A stretch of 24,886 nt of DNA, taken from positions 1 through 24,886 of the forward strand of contig JBAQWR010000038.1 in assembly GCA_049299015.1 (NCBI GenBank), read 5' to 3'. Shown here piece after piece: positions 17,953-24,886 of this stretch. The DNA is from Minisyncoccia bacterium (GTDB lineage: Bacteria > Patescibacteriota > Minisyncoccia > Phycocordibacterales > Zambryskibacteraceae). The position numbers were made by a program, and so were the translations under genes. Position 1 is the stretch's first letter; every line of letters starts with the position of its first letter. The notes under the pieces were generated by a model. That model was not told the origin of the DNA, ran no database searches, and worked only from the letters and a program-made list of their open reading frames with translations.

Positions 17953-18984
17953 TTACTTAACGAGGATTTGAGGGAATAGGCGGGCCGAAGAGAGGTAGAA
18001 AAGGGTCACTATAAGTAGGAACAGGAGGACGACGTAGAAAATATTCCTCGGGTGTTGACGCTTGGGTTCGATTGCTACGAAGAGGATAAGGGCTAGAAGC
18101 ACAATACCGCCTATAACTATATAAACGAGCTCTAGGGCCATTTTAGGCGAAGCCAGGGCCTTATCTACGACCGATGAGCGTGGGCCAGCTTCTGCGACTG
18201 CCGACTCGACACCCTCTAGCCCTAGATAGTCAGTGTTCTGGACAGCTATAAATAATTCATCCTCACCGAGGTCTTGGCCGAGGACCTCAACTTTAGGAAC
18301 CTTGACCGGTTCAGTCTCAGCAGTGGCTTGGGCGCCAGAGATACTGGTCCCCTCTTTTTCTAGAATAGGCGCTGGATTGGAATTGGTTTTTATAGCTACA
18401 GGTTTAGGCGCCTGAACTTCTGGCGCAGGTTGGCCGAAAAGTTGGACGACGTAGAGGGTGTCGCGACCGTTGTAAACTCCAGGTGACATAGCGATGCCGA
18501 TCTCAGTAAACTTGTTGTTGAGAATATTGGCGCGATGGCCTTGAGAATTCATCCAAGCTTGGACTACATCCTCAGAGTCGACGAAATTGACTGCCAAATT
18601 TTCTCCAGCGTATATAAATTTGTAACCTCCCTCTGTAAACCAATACCAAGGCGTCTTGCCTTCTGGGCTGGTGTGGGCGAAGTAACTCTTAGCCGCCATG
18701 TCATTGGCCTTCAGCTGTGCAGCGGAGGCAAGGATAGGATTAAACTCGAGAGGATCAATGTTTTGAGAGAGACGGTTAGAATTGGTGAGGTCGACCAAAA
18801 CCCCCGTGATCACTGCGGAGAGGATATCGGGGTTTCTGGTGACTAGAGTTTTGACAGAAGACGCTAGGCCGAAGATGGCCACGGCCAAGAGGGCCATGCC
18901 GACGATATTTCTCTCACGGACGAAGTGAGGTTTATAATCATTGCCCTCGTGAGGGATGAAGTGATTCTTGAGTCTCTTTCTCAT
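17953..18984 (-). CDS. CAP (SCP/YkwD-like) domain membrane protein
   Basis: AQLKANDM, YFAHTSP, AGENLA, AWMNSQGHRANIL, EIGI; TM helices at both ends. Confidence 0.92.
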   Translation of the reverse strand: MRKRLKNHFIPHEGNDYKPHFVRERNIVGMALLAVAIFGLASSVKTLVTRNPDILSAVITGVLVDLTNSNRLSQNIDPLEFNPILASAAQLKANDMAAKSYFAHTSPEGKTPWYWFTEGGYKFIYAGENLAVNFVDSEDVVQAWMNSQGHRANILNNKFTEIGIAMSPGVYNGRDTLYVVQLFGQPAPEVQAPKPVAIKTNSNPAPILEKEGTSISGAQATAETEPVKVPKVEVLGQDLGEDELFIAVQNTDYLGLEGVESAVAEAGPRSSVVDKALASPKMALELVYIVIGGIVLLALILFVAIEPKRQHPRNIFYVVLLFLLIVTLFYLSSARLFPQILVK

Positions 18985-19053
18985 CCCGTAGTAGAAAAAG
19001 GCATTATTGATAATGCTAGCTTCTCCGAAGCGATGCCTTTTTTCACTACGGGA
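18984..19053. mobile_element. 70-bp MITE/REP-like palindromic element
   Basis: Arms TCCCGTAGT-AGAAAAAGGCAT / ATGCCTTTTTTC-ACTACGGGA, flanked by direct repeat CTCA (18980-18983, 19054-19057). Confidence 0.7.
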
Positions 19054-19077
19054 CTCATAAAAATACTATGTCATACC

Positions 19078-19119
19078 TTATAACAAAACACCAGCCCTGA
19101 GGCTGGTGTTTTGTTATAA
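19078..19119 (-). terminator. Intrinsic terminator (19-bp perfect inverted repeat)
   Basis: TTATAACAAAACACCAGCC-CTGA-GGCTGGTGTTTTGTTATAA downstream of the 1120-aa gene. Confidence 0.85.
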
Positions 19120-19135
19120 CTAACTTTTGAGATTA

Positions 19136-22100
19136 TTAGTAAACCTTGGCTCCAACGTTTGGATTCTGGGACCAATTGACAAGAGGAGGAAGTGCGAGTG
19201 AGAGGTCTGGGCACTCGAGCAGGTTGATCCATCGAAGAGTCGAGATATAAGCGATGCCTGTTGGGCCATTCAAGCCCCATGGAGTAAGCACCTCACTTGC
19301 GTACTTAGTCTGGAAGGCATTAAGTGCGGCGTTAGTTAGTGGGCCGTAGAAACCAGTAATTGGGAGTCCGGAGTTCATCCATTTGTTGAGGAACGTCTGG
19401 AGCTTCTTAACTTGCTCTACGTCGTTTGTTCTACCACGTCGGATAAACCTGTCCATGTAGAGACCGCAGCTATCACCGAGAACTGCGCCTAGGACGCTAC
19501 CTCCACCACCTCCACCGCCGCCTTGGGTGAACTGACCTTGAGTTCGGCGTGTTGAGCCTGGTTCATCTGCAACTGTTGGAGTAGTACAGAGACCACCAGT
19601 GTCTACACCAGTCTCGTCCTGATTCTGAACACCGTCTGAACAGTTTGGAGTATTTGATTCGTCGTTATCAGAAGGAACGTAGGAACTGGAGTTAGCTGCA
19701 TTGCCATCAGAGTGACAACCTGGATCAAGTTCATCAATGAGAGAGTCCTCTGAATCAACATTGTCTACATCGTCAGAACACTGTGGGGCATCAACTTGTA
19801 TAGGTACACACTGACCTTCACCTGCTTGAGTGTAACCAGGAGGAACTTGTGTCTGGACACCATCGATGTTTAGACACATATCGATTGGCGGAGGAGGGAG
19901 TTTACAATTGACACTCGCGTTGTCGATGAAGGTTCCAACGGAGTTGCTTGGAGTTCCAGCATCACGGAAGGTGACAACTGTCGAAGTTGTAGTAGCAGTG
20001 AAGGTAAATGTATGGCTAGTCCAAACAGTATTGCCTGCACCTGCTGTTGGGCCTACTGTGCCGATGAGGACACCTCCGGCCAACACTTCAACCTCATTTT
20101 CAGAAGCGGCAGTATCTGGTCGAGCCGAGAAGTCGAAGGAGACATTGTAGTCTTCGCCATTAACTGTTGTGACAGCTTGGGAGATTGCTACAGATCCTGC
20201 TTCACCACTTTGTTCACTCGATGGACCACCCCAGTCAGAATCAAGTTCTGTCCATTGTGTGCCATCTGATGCCAACCAACCACCACCTAAACCATTTTCT
20301 TGAATTTCAATATTTGCAATTTCAGGAGCTCCGGATGGATTGATCCAATCTACGAGCCATGAGAGGCCAGGGAAATTAGATGCGAAGATATCCCAGAGAG
20401 CACCATTTGTAACAACGGGACTTTCGAAGCTACCGTTGGTGAGGAGGTTAATAGCTGCATCGTCTGCCTCACAGAATTCTGGTTCTGGTGGAGGAAGGAC
20501 GCATCCAATACTGATATTGTCCACGGCAGGACCATAAGCACCTACGATCTGACTAGCGAAAGTTATAGTTGTGCTCGTAACTGTTGCAACGAATGTGTAA
20601 GATTCGTCTTCCCATTTCATATCGGCAAGAGTATTGCCCTCTACGAGAGTGTCGTAGCTGAAGTCCATAGGTGCTGCACCTGTTGCACTAACCCTTACAA
20701 CTTTTAGAGAAGGGCTTGCAAAAGAACCATCTGAATTTTCTGGATTACCAGATAGATCGAAGCTGACGGTATATGTCTCTCCAATCACTGTACTAATAGT
20801 CTGACTGATCGATCCAGTAGTTTCCCCGTTGAGATCAATGTTGTTTGATCCATCTGAAGATTGCCAGTAGCCACCAATGTAGTCCACACTTCCTGAGTCA
20901 ACTGTCCAATCAGTAATGCTGGTGTTGTCTCCTGCATTCAAGGTGACAAATGAAGCACCTGCGTCGACACCGTCTTCAAGGCTGCCATTTGTGACTACTT
21001 CCTCTTGTATATCACAGGAGTTTGGTTCATCTACGAGAGCGTTGAACCCGATACAGTGGTAAGTTTGTCCTGCCACTACTGGGTCAATATAGTCGTAGTT
21101 GTCGTAGTTAAGCACATCATCATTACAGTAGAGTTCTGCGGAAACATCTTGGTCGGTGTTCGCACCTGTAAATGGTACGTAACCATCTACAAATTGTTCG
21201 CGAACCCAGACTAAAGCTCCGGCAGGAACTGTTGCTGTTGTAGTAAATGCCGTCCATGGACTACCAGTTGATCCTAGAACATTGTCTCCAGGATTTCCTG
21301 TATCAGTTGGTGCCCATTCGAAGGTCCAAGGCTCAAGATGACAATCTTGAACTTCGTCCTCTGCTAGATCAGCTGCGAGGAAGTCAGCTGCAGTTGTCGA
21401 AGTAATATTTGCACCACCCGCTCCCCAGTTAGGAAGATCTGCTTCTGCGTCACAAACAATTTTGACTGCAGAGATAGTTGCCGTAGTAGGTTCTGGCTCA
21501 TCACAGGATTCTGAATTGACAGTGAGTTTGTAGAGAAGTCCAGCTGGATTTGTGTCTTGTGTACCACCTGCTTGCGCATGATTCTTAACTTCAACAGTCA
21601 AGGTGTTCAGACCAGTTAACAGATCACTTGCATCAATGACACAAGTGTCTTGACCTGCTAGAGAGAAGTTATCTTCACTAGCATCAGAGCAAACTGCGTT
21701 GCCGTTTACTGTTACTACATATGAGTTGTCAGCGGCAATCATGAGGCTCCCACCGGTTGGAGTGCCAACAATTGTGAAGTCTCGAGTGAAGGTTTCTGTG
21801 AGGTCGATTACTGGGTTAGAAACTGGGTGCTCTCCCCAAATCCAAGTTGCGCCAGGGATAGAAGCTGTCCATGCAGTATGCAGAGTGCCACCGACAGGAA
21901 CTGCCGCATCACCATTTTCTAGAGTAGTTGTGTCTGAGTAAATGGTTTGTGTTTCAGGGAGCAACTCGCACATATTTGGCTTCATCTCATTTACGACGAT
22001 GAGAACTCTGGTCTGGCCTTCACTAACATTGATTACACCGTCCCAGTTGTCATTAGCTTCGTCTGCTTCAGAGTTGAAAACTTGTGGGTCAGAAAGGTCA

Positions 22101-22498
22101 TCTACAAATCCCACGATCTGATCGTGGTAACGAGGAATTTCCCAATCTGCAGAAGATGGAGAAATAGTCTCTTGTCCATAGTAGTACCTGCCGGCAGTGA
22201 CATCGATAGATTCACATTCTCCCGTTACATCTCCAAAAACAGTTTCAGTACTTGGTGCGCCGCTGAAAACTACATCGGCAGGATCGCCTGTTTCTTGACC
22301 TTCATAATCTGCATCAGTGAGCCATGGGATTGTAAAGGTTGTACCAGCATCTCTGGTTACTACTTCCCCATCTGAATTTAAAACAATTTTACAAACCTTG
22401 ATTGTTGTGTTATTAACTGTTGCACCTGCAATACTAAAACCCGCGACCGAAAGAAGCGAAACCAGACCGACAATTGAGAAAGCAATTTTTGACTTCAT
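19136..22498 (-). CDS. Large secreted surface protein with carbohydrate-binding-like (DUF642/choice-of-anchor C-like) domains and a C-terminal peptidoglycan-binding-like domain
   Basis: Signal peptide; two TNGS(L/F)E...DN beta-sandwich repeats; Cys/Asp-rich repeats; VKKLQTFLN...TGFYGPLT..A...FQ. Confidence 0.8.
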   Translation of the reverse strand: MKSKIAFSIVGLVSLLSVAGFSIAGATVNNTTIKVCKIVLNSDGEVVTRDAGTTFTIPWLTDADYEGQETGDPADVVFSGAPSTETVFGDVTGECESIDVTAGRYYYGQETISPSSADWEIPRYHDQIVGFVDDLSDPQVFNSEADEANDNWDGVINVSEGQTRVLIVVNEMKPNMCELLPETQTIYSDTTTLENGDAAVPVGGTLHTAWTASIPGATWIWGEHPVSNPVIDLTETFTRDFTIVGTPTGGSLMIAADNSYVVTVNGNAVCSDASEDNFSLAGQDTCVIDASDLLTGLNTLTVEVKNHAQAGGTQDTNPAGLLYKLTVNSESCDEPEPTTATISAVKIVCDAEADLPNWGAGGANITSTTAADFLAADLAEDEVQDCHLEPWTFEWAPTDTGNPGDNVLGSTGSPWTAFTTTATVPAGALVWVREQFVDGYVPFTGANTDQDVSAELYCNDDVLNYDNYDYIDPVVAGQTYHCIGFNALVDEPNSCDIQEEVVTNGSLEDGVDAGASFVTLNAGDNTSITDWTVDSGSVDYIGGYWQSSDGSNNIDLNGETTGSISQTISTVIGETYTVSFDLSGNPENSDGSFASPSLKVVRVSATGAAPMDFSYDTLVEGNTLADMKWEDESYTFVATVTSTTITFASQIVGAYGPAVDNISIGCVLPPPEPEFCEADDAAINLLTNGSFESPVVTNGALWDIFASNFPGLSWLVDWINPSGAPEIANIEIQENGLGGGWLASDGTQWTELDSDWGGPSSEQSGEAGSVAISQAVTTVNGEDYNVSFDFSARPDTAASENEVEVLAGGVLIGTVGPTAGAGNTVWTSHTFTFTATTTSTVVTFRDAGTPSNSVGTFIDNASVNCKLPPPPIDMCLNIDGVQTQVPPGYTQAGEGQCVPIQVDAPQCSDDVDNVDSEDSLIDELDPGCHSDGNAANSSSYVPSDNDESNTPNCSDGVQNQDETGVDTGGLCTTPTVADEPGSTRRTQGQFTQGGGGGGGGSVLGAVLGDSCGLYMDRFIRRGRTNDVEQVKKLQTFLNKWMNSGLPITGFYGPLTNAALNAFQTKYASEVLTPWGLNGPTGIAYISTLRWINLLECPDLSLALPPLVNWSQNPNVGAKVY

Positions 22499-22950
22499 AT
22501 TTTGGTAATTTTTGATAATACTGTAATACAGATTATTAATTATTTATTAATTTATCGACACATTTCTTTCTCCTTGATAACATGGCGCCCAAAATAACAC
22601 AACTTTTATAATCCCCAGGTTGTCCCACAAGTTCTCCACAGGTCTTAATGGAAACTGCTTATCTATAGATGCTCACGACAAGTACGATTTGTAACCTTTT
22701 CTGGCGAGATATTCCCACAATCTTCCCCTACTGTCAAACAAAAAAGGTACAAAAACACTCGCCAGAATAAATGTCAAAATATTCTCCTCCCACCTCCACC
22801 ATACCTACATTCTCTAATTCGTGAGAAACCAGAATTCAAACGGACAGTCAGCTTTGTCCTTTTATAAGACTCTTTTGCTTGTATCTTTGTCTTTATAATG
22901 CTACGCTTGCCCGAGTGTTAAACGATTATCAAATAACTAACTTCACCATC

Positions 22951-23085
22951 ATGGAAGAAACAAAAAAGACTGAAGGCGAGATTGACACAACGGTCTCCAC
23001 CCCAGTCGCCCCTACTCCTGAAGCTATGCCAGAGAAGCCAGTCGAAAAGGCTCCAGAGGCACCCGCAGAAGAACCGGCAGTTTAG
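22951..23085 (+). CDS. 44-aa acidic Pro/Glu-rich disordered protein
   Basis: MEETKKTEGE...PEAPAEEPAV; TATAAT upstream and a terminator directly downstream. Confidence 0.6.
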   Translation: MEETKKTEGEIDTTVSTPVAPTPEAMPEKPVEKAPEAPAEEPAV

Positions 23086-23087
23086 TC

Positions 23088-23116
23088 CAAAAGAGACCCC
23101 TTCGGGGTCTCTTTTG
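23088..23116. terminator. Bidirectional intrinsic terminator
   Basis: CAAAAGAGACCCC-TTC-GGGGTCTCTTTTG between convergent genes. Confidence 0.88.
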
Positions 23117-23118
23117 TT

Positions 23119-24450
23119 TTACTTAATCATTTTGATTTTGGCGCCGATTTTATTGAGCCGACCGACAATATCTTCGTAACCGCGATTGATAGCATAGACG
23201 TTGCGCAAGATCGACTTCCCTTCCGCACCGATCATGGCGACCATGAGCATCACCGCCGGCCGTACGGCCGGCGGGCACACTATCTGCGCCCCTTTGAGTT
23301 TGGTCGGTCCGTCGACAAAGACCCTATGCGGGTCTGCCAAGCGCACAGAAGCACCGAGTCTGTTGAGTTCAGTGAAGAAGATGGCCCTATCCTCCCACAT
23401 CCAGTCGTGTATGAGAGTATCACCCGTGGCTTGGGTGGCTATAGGTACGAAGAAGGGCAGATTGTCTGTGTTGATACCCGGATAAGGTTGGGCGTGGATC
23501 TTGTCGTGAAGGGCTTTGAGTTTAGAGGGTTTAATGGTGATATCCACCAGCTTAGTGCGGCCGTTTAGAGAAAGATAAGTTTTGGACATATCATATTTGA
23601 GCCCCATCTTTTCCAATTTCAGAAGCTCCACTTTCAAGAAATCGATTGGCGCCCTTTTGATCATCAGTTTCGATCGAGTCAGAACCGCCGCAGTGATGAA
23701 GAGCATCGCCTCGATAGGATCTTCGCTATTTGAGTATTCGACATTTGTATTAATATTTGGGTTGCCTTCTATAGTTAAGGTCTTAGTACCGATACCTCCG
23801 ATCTTCACACCAAGCTTTTCTAGGAAATAGCAGACCTCGAGCACCATGTAGTTTTGTTGGGCGAAGTCGATGACAGTCGTCTGTGGCAGGACGGCGGCGC
23901 GCAAGATAGCGTTGGTGGTACCAGTGTCTGACGCCTCGTACATGACAGTCTCGCTCTTGGCGCGTCTACCTGATGTTATCTCGTAATAATTTTCTTTCGT
24001 CACAATCTTGAGACCGAGGTCCTCAAGCGCATAACGATGCGCCGAGATAGTCCTCTCCCCCATTTTGCAACCACCAATGTGTGGCAATTTAAATGATTTC
24101 ATCCGAGCCGAGAGTGGGCCGATGAGCATTAGTGCAGAGCGAATCTTGCCCGTCGAGCGAGTATTGATATTGGATATGGAAAACTTTTTCGGCGGCTCTA
24201 TAGTCAGAGTGTGTTTGCCTGTCCAGACTACTTTGATCCCGATACTTTTGAAAACTTCTATGAATCTATTGACCTCCTCGATACGAGGGATGTTGTGGAG
24301 GGTGGTCTTGCCTTGGTTTACAAGTGCTGCGGCGAAGAGGTGCGTGGCCCCGTTTTTGGAGGTATTAGTAGTGATAGAGCCAGAAAGTTTGTGTCCTCCT
24401 TCTATCTCGAAATTATCTCTCTCGCCTTGCCAATTTTTCATCCCGTACAA
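23119..24450 (-). CDS. murA: UDP-N-acetylglucosamine 1-carboxyvinyltransferase
   Basis: SKN, GGCKMGER with the catalytic Cys, DPIEA, PYPGINTD, INRGYE. Start may be 24441. Confidence 0.93.
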   Translation of the reverse strand: MYGMKNWQGERDNFEIEGGHKLSGSITTNTSKNGATHLFAAALVNQGKTTLHNIPRIEEVNRFIEVFKSIGIKVVWTGKHTLTIEPPKKFSISNINTRSTGKIRSALMLIGPLSARMKSFKLPHIGGCKMGERTISAHRYALEDLGLKIVTKENYYEITSGRRAKSETVMYEASDTGTTNAILRAAVLPQTTVIDFAQQNYMVLEVCYFLEKLGVKIGGIGTKTLTIEGNPNINTNVEYSNSEDPIEAMLFITAAVLTRSKLMIKRAPIDFLKVELLKLEKMGLKYDMSKTYLSLNGRTKLVDITIKPSKLKALHDKIHAQPYPGINTDNLPFFVPIATQATGDTLIHDWMWEDRAIFFTELNRLGASVRLADPHRVFVDGPTKLKGAQIVCPPAVRPAVMLMVAMIGAEGKSILRNVYAINRGYEDIVGRLNKIGAKIKMIK

Positions 24451-24523
24451 TATATCATGAATGTGATACTGGGATTAAAGTCCTTATTTTGCTATATTGA
24501 CCTGTAGGAAATGGGGGTGATCT

Positions 24524-24868
24524 ATGAGCCAAGAAGATGATGAGATCAGGATGATTGCTGAAGCTCTTGGCCTTAAGTGTTCAGTAGATGAACTTGAGGT
24601 GCAAGACGGTAGAAACGTTTTCTTTTTTCACTTTAGAGACGGAGAGCGTATGGTGGTAATACAAGGTTCTGAGGGAGCCACCATCGAGATTACGCTCGAG
24701 GAATTCACAGAGATCGCCAAGCACATCGGCAGTACATGCTTTTCCTGCGATGACGGCGCATTAGTCTATGCCGCCCGGGAGAAGGAGCAGGATTTTTTTC
24801 TTATCTGCAACGAATGCGGATTGGAACATCATCTAGTCGATGGCGAGCTCATCCCCGATGAAGATTAA
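24524..24868 (+). CDS. Hypothetical acidic protein with a C-terminal zinc ribbon
   Basis: CFSC...CNECG; SD-like GGGGGTGA and extended -10 TGCTATATT upstream. Confidence 0.75.
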   Translation: MSQEDDEIRMIAEALGLKCSVDELEVQDGRNVFFFHFRDGERMVVIQGSEGATIEITLEEFTEIAKHIGSTCFSCDDGALVYAAREKEQDFFLICNECGLEHHLVDGELIPDED

Positions 24869-24886
24869 TTTAAAATCGGGAGACCC

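Noticed and set aside
22560..22900. Replication origin suggested by several DnaA-box-like 9-mers
   Set aside because: The boxes are degenerate and no dnaA or dnaN is nearby; more likely a divergent promoter region.

Overview
Bacterial chromosomal window using genetic code 11. The gene content and AT-rich, SD-less leaders suggest a Patescibacteria/CPR (Parcubacteria-like) genome, which is inference. Housekeeping and envelope genes include groES-groEL, lemA, a TPM protein, a GGDEF protein, NUDIX, secG, a peptide ABC substrate-binding protein, RNase J, ftsEX, murA, a CAP protein and a 1120-aa surface protein, plus tRNA-Ser(GGA) and tRNA-Gln(CTG). The most striking structure is at 14449-14930. 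An ancestral tRNA-Gln gene is broken by two related palindromic insertions, each replacing a TG dinucleotide. One is a 28-bp miniature in the anticodon. The other is a 361-bp element in the D-loop with 15-bp terminal inverted repeats; it encodes a GIY-YIG nuclease whose reading frame runs through an intact replacement copy of the same tRNA. Related palindromic insertions lie in-frame in a coding gene (10390-10425) and at the start codon of the CAP gene (18984-19053). The window also holds a promoter- and terminator-bounded ~200-nt structured RNA candidate (255-457) and several SD-led, hairpin-ended microprotein units, two of them missed by the ORF track.
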